From: Hydrolagus affinis
Lineage: Eukaryota
Direction: 5' to 3'
Assembly: GCA_012026655.1 (NCBI GenBank)
Contig: JAAILG010000763.1
Location: 1 to 64,000 of the forward strand
Length of the DNA: 64,000 bases
Shown here: positions 38,291 through 51,360 of the stretch, in pieces
How the letters are laid out: each line of letters opens with the position of its first letter
Position numbering within the stretch: position 1 is the first letter of the stretch
Position numbers and translations under genes: made by a program
Notes under the pieces: model-generated
Told to the model about the DNA's origin: nothing
What the model saw: only the letters and a program-made list of their open reading frames with translations
The model's database searches: none

Positions 38291-39087
38291 CTCAGCATCT
38301 CAAATTACTGCTTGTCACAGTTGTAATTGTTGGCAAAGATACCAATGCATCTGAGGTCTAACCTCATTAACGATGAGAAACGACCTTTAAAACTCATGCC
38401 AAGCTAGCACAATCTACCTTGCACTAGCATGAGATCCACTGACAGAGCTGCCAGTCTGTAATTCATGAGAGATAAAATATAACTGATGTGGATTATGCCT
38501 GCTGGAATTGTAACAGAACTTTGAAATACCTACCTCAGGGCTTACATATTAAGCAACGAAATGAGTCCCACACATGCCGGTTGATGCAATTTTGGTCTAA
38601 TTATTGAATTGACTTAATAAAAATACATTCTGTTATGGCTACATTGAAGCTTCTGAACATTATTGAGAAGACAGATTTTCATCTGTATCCTGAACACATC
38701 ATTTAAATAATAAGGGTTTACTTAACTCACTTTTAACATCTGCTATTCCAAGAGCATGCATGGTTTAAGCCATTTGTAACCAATTAGGAATGATACTGAA
38801 TGCAATGCTTTAACTTTTATTGCTTCAGCAAGTTTCTCAACATTCAAACATTCACTTTATAGTGATGAACGTCTTCGCTCAAAACACTACAGCCTGTCAA
38901 AGTGGTTGTGTCTAATTGGTTTACTACATGACCAGCCAGTCGCACATTACACTAGTTATTGTTTTCCACCTCCAGGATGTCTACGGTCTGTTAATAACAC
39001 ATTAATAAGGTAGCCTGGTACTAAACAGAAACAGTGGTAGAGACCAGGCCATTGTCGTTTTTGAAGAAATAGCTTGATAATGTAACT

Positions 39088-39447
39088 ATAATCCTTGCAT
39101 TTGATATAGCACCTTACTACGGCTTCTGGATGTCTCAAAGTGCTTCACAGAATATACTGTGAAGTCAATTGACTATATGTGTTGTGGGTGAAACGCGACA
39201 GCCAATTGTGCACAGCAGAGTCCCACAAACTATCATGGATTAAATGACCAAATTTTAAAAAAAAGGAATTATTACCCTTGGAAAAGCAATCCATCGATCA
39301 ACTAACAACTTGGTTCCTACTTACTGCTAGATAAACAAAGGTGTGTGGAGTAAGGAAACTTGTCCAACGTTTCGCCCCTGCTGGGAATCAAACCCAGGTC
39401 TTCTCAATTGTGTGGTGAGCGCTCTAACCACTAAGCTACAGGATTCC
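39088..39447 (-). mobile_element. Full-length tRNA-derived SINE, long form
   Basis: Same head, core and tail, plus an extra segment of about 65 nt at 39274-39338. Confidence 0.9.
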
Positions 39448-39854
39448 AATTATAATGCGAAGGTAGGGTTGGCATGAAGTGAATGCTCAGTTTTATCTGA
39501 AGGACTGTTGGCCAGGACATTGAGAGAAACTCCTCTTTTCAAATGGTGCAATGGTATTTTTTTGAACAATGAGGCAAACAGCAGATGGGAAACAGAAGTC
39601 CATCTCCCATGAGGGTCTACAGTCCTATTGCTGAAACCTGTTCGTCCATCAATATATAACCTATTGTGTAATATAAAGCTATTGGAAAGCTGGTGCTTTT
39701 GAAGTGTCTGATTGTTTGCGCAACATTGAAATTTATTCTTCGAAAGCTAAACATAATTTGTAACTTCTGTTGCTCTCTCTTCATTTTCCTTTCCCCCTCC
39801 CCCCATACACCACCACCTGGACAAAGCACTGAATTAGGAAGCATTCATTCAATT

Positions 39855-40148
39855 ATAATAATAATCCTTGTATTTGATAAAGCGTCTTATCATGTCTTCG
39901 CGACGTCTCAACGTACTTGCGCATAGCAATGTCCCACAAACAGATGTGAATTGAAGTGACTAATCTTTTTTTTGAAGGAATTATTACCCTCAGAAAAGTA
40001 ATCCACCAATCAACCTACAACCAGGTACCTACTAACTGCTAAGTAAACAGAGGTGTATGAAGTATGGAAACTTGCCCCAAATTTCACTCTGCCGAGAATC
40101 AAACCAACTTGCAGGAGAGTGCTCTAAGCACTGAGTTCACAAAGACCA
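39855..40148 (-). mobile_element. tRNA-derived SINE, long form, internally deleted
   Basis: Tail 39855-39915, core remnant, extra segment 39986-40050, decayed head ending near 40148. Confidence 0.85.
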
Positions 40149-40157
40149 GAAAGTTAC

Positions 40158-40315
40158 CATTAAGTGAAGTGGTGTTTTGGTTGGTCCCTTGGCAGACATC
40201 TTTTCCCACAGTCCCCTTCGCACATAGCGGACGATGGTGCCTGCGATCTGAAACTCCCCTGGTAGCTCGATCTTCCAGTCGCTGTTGATTGATTGCTTTG
40301 TAGAATCCTTTAAAG
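40158..40315 (-). CDS. ADAMTS17: ADAMTS17 spacer exon ([53 protein letters not shown]), phase 1-0
   Basis: ccaccag|CT acceptor, ATG|gtaact donor, 158 nt. Confidence 0.96.
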
Positions 40316-40756
40316 CTGGTGGAAAACAAACATCAAACAAGAGTAATTTTTAAAACATTACGGACAAACATTTTTCTCTCTCATTCTGAGAGGAACCCAC
40401 GGACTAACAGAAACATTTAACAGCTGCTTTTCAAATGTTTATTTTCTTCCGACGAAGCTTTCATTGGGTTTCAAATAGCTTGAAGTCTGGGTGTGGACAA
40501 TTGCCAGGCCAGTGCTTTGGAACTTGTTTTTTGTTGCAGGCAAGAACTACAAGCAAAATTAATAAAAAAGTAAAGCAGGAATACAGCCCATATTTTGCTC
40601 TAGGCCATCATCTGGTTGCACTGTACCAAGGCCAATTGGCTACCGCTCCAGACAGAGTTACACAACTTTTCTTAGAACCTGACACGTTGGCTAATTACAC
40701 TGTTCACCGAGTTACTTCAATAATAAGTGGGTGGGAGTACACAGACACAGTTTCCT

Positions 40757-40783
<27 letters not shown>
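40757..40783. repeat. (CA)n microsatellite
   Basis: Directly visible. Confidence 0.95.
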
Positions 40784-40788
<5 letters not shown>

Positions 40789-42621
40789 CAGATAGTTGCT
40801 TTGGGACATAAAGGGATACTTTCAAATGAATTGATAGGAAATTAAATGTGCAGCTGCTGGTGAAAGACTGAGCTGCGACATCTGTGTCGAGAATCAGCCC
40901 GTTCATTTCAAACCAGCTATTTGGGCTGGCTGGCTGGGTGGGTGGGGATGGTGGGGGTGGAAATGAGTTCATAAAAATCTGCAATGCACACTCTGTTCTG
41001 CTTAAATACCTGTACTCTTTTCCGCTAAAATGCCAAAGGTGCTGATTGAAAGAATTTTTTTATTTTCATTGCTCATTCGTATGACCTGCTTTTTTCCTAA
41101 CTAGATCCTACAAAGAAACGCAGATAAGAGTCGGTAGCAAGCATTAGAGTGAAGGGATGGAAGTTGTAGCACAGCAAGTCTCACTCTCAACAGGATTGTC
41201 ATTTGTCAAATGCTGGCACTATGCCATAGAAATGGGGAGGAGGAGTGGGGGAAATTGTACAGCTCTCAGTGACTGACTTGACAGCAATGCTGGCTGGCTG
41301 GTAATTTAATACGGTTGAACAGGATCAAGTCTTCAGATATTGAAGGTTCTATAAAAGCACACACTTTCCATAGACTCCCTGAACTGAACCTCAATACATC
41401 TAGGCATTCAGAAGTTGAGGTATATTGGCTGTCCAGCAGAACAGGAAGAGATCATGTGAAGCATTGAATGGGCCTGCCTTGTTGTATGAGCATCAGTCAC
41501 TTTTGTCTTGGGTCAGTTTCACCACAAATCTATCAAATGGATAGCAACATTAAGCTTTTGGTAGCGACTTGCTAAAAATTAAAATCTTATGTTCAGATTT
41601 TTATATGAACTCGTCTGGTAAATTATTCACTTCCATTTATCAAAGTACAATCTTTCCAAACCACAAACTTCCTCCAGCAGAGAACCACTAGGACATTTAT
41701 TAAGAGTTTCAGCAGTTGAGAAGCATTTTAGTAGATGAAGTGTGTGCACAGCATATTTATGTAGCTAGTCCTAGGTGTGTAACTGCAATTCGAGTAATGA
41801 AAAAAAATACAATTATCCTTCATCTGTTTGACTGCAACAAACACACAAAAAAAAAGTGATGCGGTCTTACATTTCGTATGTGTTGAATGGATTGCAAATA
41901 TCGAGAAACCACTGGCTGTGAGTTTTAGGGTTGCACCAAATGCAATTCATAGCTAACATGTCCCCCCTGAGGCCACCTTGAATAACTAACCGCATTAATG
42001 AAATATTCTAAAATAACTAAATTGTTTTAAGCAATGAATAAAATAATTGAAATATAACCACTTCAACCATGATCACAGTCCCACCAGCCTCCACAGCCCC
42101 TTAGCTTCCTCAGCGTTCTGGCAGCTGAAGGAGATGCAGGTTTGAGTCCTTATTCAAGATCTTCACTCCCACATGACCCTTACACTGGAGGTTTCTTTAG
42201 ACAAATAAACCCAACATTCCCTGTGGTTCCCTCATTATAGACAAACAGCTATATAACATAATGCACATGTGTAATGCAAACGGGCATGTTACATTGCACT
42301 ATTTCTTTATTTGTTGGGGTAGAAATTATCTCAATAAAATGGATTGGCAAAAATCAATTCACGGTCATAAATTTCTAATTAGATTTGGACGCTTCTACAT
42401 TTGGATTATTTGGGGAATATATGAGGTGCTTGTTTCATGGTATATTCTATTACATGGTATTTTGCCTTCACCGGTTCAAAATAATGAAAGAACAGAATCA
42501 CTGCTGGTACCTTTAAGATAGTGACATAAACCACCAAAGAGGTCTGAACAGAATTGCTGTACGTAATCTGATATTTTATACCACATTTGTGAGGCAGCAA
42601 ATTTAATGCTGCTAAAAGTTT

Positions 42622-43058
42622 TAATAATAAGAATCCTTGCAATTGATTTTCATCTCTTTTAGATGTCTCAAAGCGCTTCACAGAATAACATTAAAGTGAA
42701 TTGACTGTATACATGTGGGCGAAACATAGCAGCCAGTTGCACACAGCAACAACAACAACAAATTCCACTTATAAAGCGCCTTTCACGTCGGGAGGACGTC
42801 CCAAGGCGCTGCACAGGAGGCGTGTGACCCAAGCAGTGTCCCATAAACAGTCATGGATTGAAATAACCAAGTTATTATAGTTTTTTTGACCGATACGATT
42901 CTTATCACATAAAACTGGCCAAAGTTCGTAAATTCAGGCTTAATGTGGATTAGGCGTGTGGAGTAAGGAAAGTTACCCAAGGTTTTGCCCTGGCTGGATT
43001 CGAACACAGGTCTTACGCTTGTAAGGCAAGTGCTGTAACCACTGAGCTATAGGACTCC
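42622..43058 (-). mobile_element. tRNA-derived SINE carrying two secondary insertions
   Basis: Intact A box (tagctcagtgg) and B box (gttcgaatcc); L2 tail inserted at 42749-42831; foreign segment at about 42890-42948. Confidence 0.9.
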
Positions 43059-43845
43059 GCAAAAGTTTTCACCACTATATAAAAAAAATTAACGCTAAAC
43101 TGAAAACAGAACTGCGATGACATTTGTGGAACAAAGCAATATATCATGTTCATGAAATGGAGTACCTCACTGCTGGATTCATTGGGACTGTATAGAGTGG
43201 TTCATTGCCTATTAACATTGATCTTGTAGTGATTCAACACTGCCATGTGTCATCAGTACTATTCCCAAGGATATTCGGAAACCAATATTGAAAGTGAAAC
43301 TCCTGTGTGTGCAAATATTTCACTGCATGCGTAGATCATGTCTAGCCACCAAATTCCACCTAATCTTAACCAATAACAACAACTTCGATTTATATAGCGC
43401 CCTCCACGCCAGACGGCTTCTCAGTACGATTCTTATCACATAAAACTGGCTTAATGCGGATTTTCCTTTTTTTTTCAGGACTGCGGAAAACTGCCTTCCA
43501 ATTGAAGGCAGAATTCAAAACATTTTCCTAGTTCTACGTAGTCTTGAATTTTAAAGTCTAAATGGTCTCAAAGGGTAAAGAGTAAGTGGGATTTCAGGAT
43601 GGCTGGGAGGTCAAGTGAGTTTAGATACAAGGTCTCACCGTGTCTGAAACTTGACTCAATCTAATGAGCAAATACAATGATTTTATTATATCGCATGCTA
43701 ATAATTGGATTAATAAACAGAAATGTGTAATTCATTATGTAACAGGATACAAGACGTCTGTTCTGTTTCTTGGGCAGTCACGACAGAAGAAAAACAATCC
43801 ACGTGCCAAGCAAACCACTGAACGACAGTAAATCAGTATTATTAC

Positions 43846-43926
43846 CCAAAAAGCTGTGGGCTGGCTTGTCCTCCACCACCCGGATTCGCCGCGCTCCTGC
43901 GGGGATTACAGCTGCTTCTATGTAAC
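43846..43926 (-). CDS. ADAMTS17: ADAMTS17 spacer exon (GYIEAAVIPAGARRIRVVEDKPAHSFL), symmetric phase 1-1, 81 nt
   Basis: tttccacag|GT acceptor, TGG|gtaata donor; IPAGAR spacer motif; CpG-rich relative to the surrounding intron. Confidence 0.93.
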
Positions 43927-46900
43927 CTGTGGAAACAAGGGTTAAATAGATGAGGAGGGTTCTTCAAGAAAAGGCACTGGACTCACTCCACAGCTTCCTT
44001 TCCATGGCCTCAGCCAACGCCTGCCCTCACTGTAGTTTTTAAGTAAACAAATAGGGCGAAGTTTTGAGCAAGTGAAGGAGCACGGAATGGTAAGAATGTT
44101 GGATGCTGATCAATACAGGGCTAGGCTGCAATACAGGGCCCAGAATTCTCTCAAAACCTACAATTAGATATTGTCGGTGGAGACAATAGTCTGTAAAAGG
44201 CAAGGTTTCATACACCCTTCAAAGTTTACTCTTCTGGTACTCATGTTTATACGGTTGATTTTTTACCACATACAAGGAGGGTCCTTTATAATGAATCCAA
44301 TTAGTTTCTCTCCTCTTATCAACTTTGTTTTCTTCACCGCTTATGAGGCCCTGCTTCTTGTTTGTTCTTAAAACCTCTAGTAAGTTTGTGTTGAGAAGAA
44401 TCTGAATTATCTTTTAGAGAATTAAATACATATATAAACCAGACCCTAACAATAAAAACTCTGCACCAAGTTAGTGACATAATATTGCTTTGGAGGATTC
44501 ATAAGTCTTTTATATTTTAGCTATGATCTTGCCCTTGGAATGAATCACTGTAACAGTAGTTTAATGCTTCCCCAAAGGAGACACTAAACTTATGTTGGCA
44601 TAGAACCACAACGCATAAATCGACTGATACTGTTTGAACATCTAGAATGAAAATACTGGGTTACCAAATTACTACTGTAACCCAATATCAAGCAAAATAA
44701 ATAATTTTTTTTAAAAACAAAATTCAATCGTTGCAAATTGTACCATCACACAAATGGATGGAATGCTTTGGTTCTGCAACTCACGGATCACTTCACTGGA
44801 TAAAAAGTCCAGGCATCTGGGCAGAGTTGAATTTGTTGGATTATGTGAAGGAAGTTTTGCTGCTTGTGGTCTCAAGACAATTTATTGAAACTGAATACAT
44901 TAGCTGTGTTGTCTTTGAAACTCAAGGCTTCATGAATTTTATTCAAATAAATAAGAGGCTATATAATAAAAAAACTTAGATGAATAAAGCATTGAAGCAA
45001 CACAGAATCAAGTTATTGTTTCTAAGCGAAGCATCTTCCATAGGGAATTCACAGTGCTATATTGGATTACTTTCTATTGGTATATGAACATTAAATTGAT
45101 TGTATTATTTTTCAATTAAACAATACCAGCACTTTTCCCTGTGCTTTAAACACATGGCAGATGATTAGCCAAGGCTGCTCTACAAGAGAAGCTGCTAATG
45201 AAAAGGATTAAAAGATAAACTAACACTCAACCAAGCCAAGGATGCAGTAATGCTTTCGACTACTGTTGGGAGCTTGTCCCAATAAGTCATCAATGATTGT
45301 CATTTCAATTTCATATTTGACCAAATCTAAGCAGATTCATTAATTTTCATTTCAAGGTTGGAGACATTATGCTATTTCAATTAGAAATTTAAATATTCAC
45401 TTCCCATCACTAGATATACACATGCTTGTACCACAGAGGTGACTGGCTAACATTCTATGGTTCCAACCACATTCAATAGGAGTTCTGCCAGTTTCTAGCC
45501 AGAGAAAGTGAAGAAGTGAAAAATGATCTGCCAACTGTCTTGGGACTGTTTACAAAGCAGCATCAGTAGCCTAAAGTAATCCATGCCTCCTAACTCCCTC
45601 TGAAAAAAGAAAGTGTCAAGTTTAGTATAATAATGTGGTATCATGTAGAACAATAATGGAATAATATAGAACAAGTGTTGTCCTTTGCTGCTAATCATAC
45701 AGTTAGGAATTAACATTTATCTAACTCATCGCCTTCTATCACACACATTTCTCTTTTGTGCATCTCACCCTATCAATCATCGATTTCCCTGGCTTCCGCT
45801 GCCTATGCCAGACTTTACACAATGTTTCTTCCTAAATCCGTGACTTTTGCTAAATTTACCATGACTGCTCCATGACTTTTGATACAAAAAAAGTGCTGTG
45901 ACAAATCTGCAGCTCTAATTATAATACACTGTACCAATTATTTTATGTTCATTTAACTCTTCCCTGCAATGAGAAAGCGCCTTACCAGCTGTAAGCCTAG
46001 CTCTGTGTTATTATTGTACCACAAATATTGGCTGTAATAAGTTTGAACCTATTATGTTTGTTGAGATTATGTTAAAAAAAAACTTCTGAAGGTGCTGCAA
46101 ACATGCCTTCATTGCATTTAACAGTTAATTAGAAACCCTCCCAAAGATGGAGGCAGCGAAGTAAAAAAAACTGTAATGAGCTGCAAAGGTCAAAGCAAAG
46201 TCGTGAATGCTGCAAAATTAATATTTCAGATACAGCAGGCACCTTTGTTAGACTTAACTCGACAGCTGTATTTGAGAAGATCAGGTTTAACGCATCATTT
46301 TTCGTTTTGTGTAGGATATTAAATGGTGTTTAATGCAAGAGTGAGAGCAAAAAGCCGCACTGCAGGTTTTCATGCCGTCACATTCATTGCTGTGCAAGAT
46401 ATCTATCATAGCAACCCTCAACGCTCGAACAAAGACTGAACATGAGTGACGGAAGTGATTAGTTACGCAGAATTCCAATCTTACCCACACAAGAAAAATC
46501 AGTTTGTGAGAAAAATTAATCTATGATGATTGCTTTAAAAAAAGATTAGGACTGGAAGATGATAAGCTGAACATTTTGGAACCGTAACATCTATTATGAA
46601 TCATTTCTTGAAACCATTGATTTTTATATCTTTGAATCACTCCATCACTTAAACATTTCAGTGTACCTAGCAATTTTGCACATTTGGTTTAAATAGTCAT
46701 TGATTGTAGACTGGGCTGTCAAGAGGTCCATCAGGGCAACTGCCAAATCACACTCTGCTCTTAAAATGTAGTGACAGCCTGGTTCAGTTAGTAAGTCTCA
46801 TCTTGGAGATTGTGTGTTCAACCCCATTGGTGCCTTGGGACGTCATCCTTACATGATGGCACGATATAAATGTAATTCTGTATATGTGAAAATTTAGATC

Positions 46901-46932
46901 ACAATCTAGGCTGACAGTCCAGTGTAGTGCTA

Positions 46933-47395
46933 CAACAACTTACAACAACTTTGATTTATTTAATGCCCTCCACACTGGACGACGTCTCAAAGCGCTTCAC
47001 AATAACGGATCCTGGTCCTGAGCCAGGGGTAAGGGGGAAAAAGGTGACCGAAGGCGTGGTCGAAAAGAAAGGTCTTCAGCTGAGCCCTGAAACTAGGAAG
47101 AGAGGGGACGAGGCCAAGGGAGTGAGGAAGGGAGTTCCAGAGCTTCGGGGCGTAGTGGCTGTAGGCACCAATGGTGCAGCAGAGGATTCGGGGTCAAGGA
47201 GGAGACCAGAACCGGAGGAGCAAAGGCAACGAGTGCTGTGTTGGGAAGAGAGGAGGTCAGAGAGATAGGCGGGGGTGCAGAGGAGTGGAGAGATTTGAAA
47301 ACAAGAGTGAGGATCTTGAAATCAATCCTCTCTGGGACAGGGAGCCAGTGAAGTCTGGCAAGGACAGGGGTAATCGAGGAACGAAGCTGGGGGTG
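46933..47395 (-). mobile_element. L2 3' fragment inserted in a plus-strand Deu-domain SINE (about 46900-47680)
   Basis: (caa)n tail at 46933; Deu sequence ggctgacagtccagtgtagtgc before it and ggaggtgctatccttcagat...caggtggacattaaagatc after it. Confidence 0.8.
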
Positions 47396-47942
47396 TGATG
47401 CATTGCTTGGAGGTGCTATCCTTCAGATCAGTCATTAAGGCAAGGTCCCGTCGGTATATTCAGGTGGACATTAAAGATCTCATGCCACCCCTTTAAAAGG
47501 GAATAAAATTGGCCATTGACTTCTAACTGCATGAATATTTGTAGGATATTGTTCTACACAAATTTGCTGTTGCATTTGTCAACTAAGTGCACAGTCATTA
47601 TACATTACAGTAGATCCTGTGAAGCAGTTTGTCCTCTTAGGAGTGAAAGGTGTGATATCAAACATAAGGATTGTTACTTAATATTAAATCCACGAATGTG
47701 TACTGACAGTGTACACTTGCTCTTAAAGCCCCAGTAAAGAAGATTGAAAAGAATAGGAGATGAAAGATATTAGATGGCAAATAAATGTTTAAGTAACACA
47801 ACGTTTTAATTTTAAAGCCCATTTATTTTAGGAGGAAGACCGAGAGGAGGTAGGAAGTTTCCAGTCTTGAACTCTTAGGAAATATAAATGCCAGAGCAAG
47901 TCTCGATTCTAAAGTTGATGCCAACACAAACAGAATGCAGAT

Positions 47943-48053
47943 TAATAATAATAATCTTTGCATTTAATATAGTACTTTTCACATCTTCTAGACGTCTCAA
48001 AGAACTTCACAGAATATATTGTAAAGTCGACTGACTGTATATTTGTGGGTGAA
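47943..48053 (-). mobile_element. tRNA-SINE 3' fragment
   Basis: aataatctttgcatt...gacgtctcaaagaacttcacagaatatattgtaaag. Confidence 0.85.
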
Positions 48054-49639
48054 GGTTGGAGGAAGAACAGTCAAGAAGGCTTGAGAGTAAATGAGGGTGG
48101 TTATTTCAGGGAAACAATGCGCAAATTTATTAAATACTTATTGAACAAACGCGCAAATCAGTCCTGGATGTATCTGTGCTACTGGCAACTCCCACAAACA
48201 CTCAGTCCTTGAATTACTAATTTGTTGCCTGAATAACTCTTAAAAAGCACTTCGGTAAATTTTAATCAAACTTGACAAGGGCATTCCTTTCAGACGGCAA
48301 ACCAAGCGGCAATACCAGGTCCCAAACCAACAGGCAGTGCCAGGTGTGATTACACCTCTATTGGACATTTTCTTTCAAAATCAAATTGTGAACTTTAATT
48401 ACATCAAAATCAGTATCCAAGCGCTCTTACAGCAAAAGTGGCATTAAATTCTACAAGTCACAGTTCAATGCAGAGGTAATTTCAGCTCATTTCTTTGAAG
48501 GGGTTGGTGGTGTGAACATTCGATAGAGAGCAGCATATTAATAGACGGTGGAAATGTGGCATGCAGAGGAGTGCACTGCATGTTAACACATCTGGTCATT
48601 TTGTGCTCTCTGTAATATAGAGGACAAATTTTGGAAATGCATGCAGTCAAATGAGATGGAAGTAGTGCTTACAGGCACCTGACATGAACTTGTACTTCTT
48701 GCTGCATCTAAACAGCACAATGCCATATAAGAGGGAGCCAATTCTAAAGCGTGGTCATAATCCAAGGGAGTATTTATATTGTGGTTAAAGAAAAACATTT
48801 ATTTTTCAGAGCCAGAGACATAAGGCAAGCCATAGTTTATGAAACATCAAGCACTACTTCAAGGATTTAACAATGCAAACTATCTCAGCGGGATAATACG
48901 TTCTGGCTGCTTGAATGTTTGTTGGCTTTAGCTGCTCGTAGATTGTGTCTACATTAATCTTAGTATTTTATTATGGATACAACTGAGACACCCGATTCAG
49001 ATGAACGGTCGCATTTCTAATAAATATTAAAGCAAATTTAGAGAACATTTCCCTCAAGGCCATAATTTGATATGCTGGCATTTGCAGTGATAGCTACTAT
49101 GTATTTCGACAATTCTATTAGGTGTGCAGTGGTACACTGTATATTTATAAAAGAAAATATATTTTTTAAGCCATAAAACACACTTACAAACTCAGCTCTA
49201 GGTCCCTTTGAAACACATCATCAACAAGTGCTTCTGATGCAGGAGACACAAAGTGCCCATACATCAAATCTCCTTACTTCCTGCAGGATCAAAGTTGGCA
49301 TCAAAACTCAACAACCAATCACACCTGTGATTTGAATGTTAATAAATTTCTATGGCAATACTCTGCTGAGCTGACATTGCCGAACATCATAAATTACAGG
49401 ATGATAGTGCCTCTTACTATGTACTTTCTAAATGCAAGCCTTTTTACTTAGTTAAAATCAGCCAACCACCAACTCAGCCTGAATTAGGGCTGCTACTAAA
49501 TACTTTTGTAGGTTTTTATTTTCTTCCAACTCTCCCTCTCTTGACCACCCTGACTCTCCTCTACAGATTTACCTTTGAACACTGGCAGCAAACTGTCCAC
49601 CCTATTAAAAATCATCCTTTGAAACCAAAGGGCTATCAG

Positions 49640-49940
49640 CGGAGACTGGAGGAAATGGGACTTTTTTTTTTGCCACTGGAACAAAGAGGGTTGAGGGGTG
49701 ACCTGATAGAGATGTTTAAAATTATGAAGGGATTTGATAAGAGTCAATAGGGAGAAACTATTTCCACTGTTCAGTGAGTGAGCAACTATCCATATTTGGC
49801 GAAATCCATATTGGCCTTCGAAAGGGAACTAAATACCTTAAGAAAGATGCCTTAAAAAGAAAGGGCAGGTAATTGGGACTGAAATGGCTGCTATTGTGGG
49901 AGCCGGCCCAGGTATGATTGGCCTGTGCCATAAATTTTCA
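49640..49940 (+). mobile_element. CR1 3' fragment
   Basis: LEQRGLRGDLIEMFKIMKGFDK is a CR1 ORF2 peptide. Confidence 0.85.
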
Positions 49941-51119
49941 ATGCCATAAATTTTCAATGCTTTATTCAAAGCTGAATGATGTCTATATCAACTCACCACT
50001 GCTTCCCTCAAGCAACTATTGAGCAATATGTTTTGATGCCTTTTTCTCCCAGGGAAATTAGAACACACTTTGAGAAATTATAATTGGTGTTTTGACTAAC
50101 GTTTACCTAGACAGCTATTTTATAATGCAAAAGTTTTGTGGCAAAGTTACCATTTAAATCAAATACTATCTGCAGTGCAATGTATCAACAGTACAAGTCA
50201 CGACTAGTCGACAAAAGTGACAATTCATTCTAATGTGTCATCTATTGGTACTTTCAACAAAACTACTTAGTATTACTTTTTTAATTTAGTTAAACTAGCA
50301 GACAGTTACAAATTACCAAGCCCCAGAAGTGTGGATTATTCATTAAAAATATGAATTCATATTCTTGACACGTAAGATACATTTATATTCCTGATCCTGT
50401 GCTGCCTCCACAACCTTGGGTCTGTCTTTCCCTGCAATTGCTGTCCTATTGAAAAAATGCTACTGCATTAATGACATTATCTACTCATAACATTTAAACA
50501 CCGTCTAAAAATGACTAACCGGATCATCCATTTTTCTGCTTAAAGTATTCATTTTAACATAAACTGATTAGGTATCAGTCAATGCTAGAAGCCAACTAAT
50601 GTTTGATCAGATATTTCTGCAGATAGAGATCTCACATTAACTAGCTGTGGGGCTGAAAAGCCATAGTTCGCAATTGGTTCAATAACAGCTAAAATTCACC
50701 TCTCAGTTATTTGTGATACATTGCTGTATATAAATTGGCTCCTGGGGTCATCTACAAATATGCAAACACTGCACTTAAAAGCATTTTGAGATATTCCAGT
50801 GTGATAAGGCACAATGTCAAATGCAAGAATTATCATAATTATTAATAATTATTATTGATTCTTATTATTAGTAACTCAGATTTGCTAATGGGAAAACCTG
50901 CTAGTAATCAACAGTAGGTCACTATCAGTTCGTGGGAACCCTGCGACCTACTTATAACAACAACTTTATATATAGCTCCCTTTCCGCAAGGTAGCATCTC
51001 AGCGTGACTAACAGTTCCGAAGCTTGATGCTGAGGCTGGAGGGAGAAAATTATTACATAACAATACTAATGAATACTTAATAATAATATATACACATGAT
51101 ATAGAAAAGTCCAACAAAC

Positions 51120-51360
51120 AACCATGAAGTGAATGAACAGTTTTATTTGGGAGATTATTGGCCTATTCACAGGGAGAAACTCCCTTCTCTTTTTGAATGG
51201 TGCAATAGGATAGTCAATGAGCAGACAGACAGGGTCTGGGTTTAGGGTCTATCCAAATAATGGCAACTCTGACAATATAGTGCACTGCCAGCACTATACT
51301 GGAATGGCAGCATAGCCATGTGAGTTCTAAGCCCTGATATGAAGCTTGAATCCACTATCC
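51120..51360 (-). mobile_element. Degenerate Deu-domain SINE
   Basis: ggcaactctgacaatatagtgcactgccagcactatactggaatggcagc resembles 18140-18190. Confidence 0.6.

Noticed and set aside
44700-44800. Possible remnant of an extra spacer exon (ttatccag|TG AAG TGA; SICVM...CF in another frame)
   Set aside because: Stop codon right after the acceptor and inconsistent frames; the resemblance rests on an unverified memory of the mammalian peptide.
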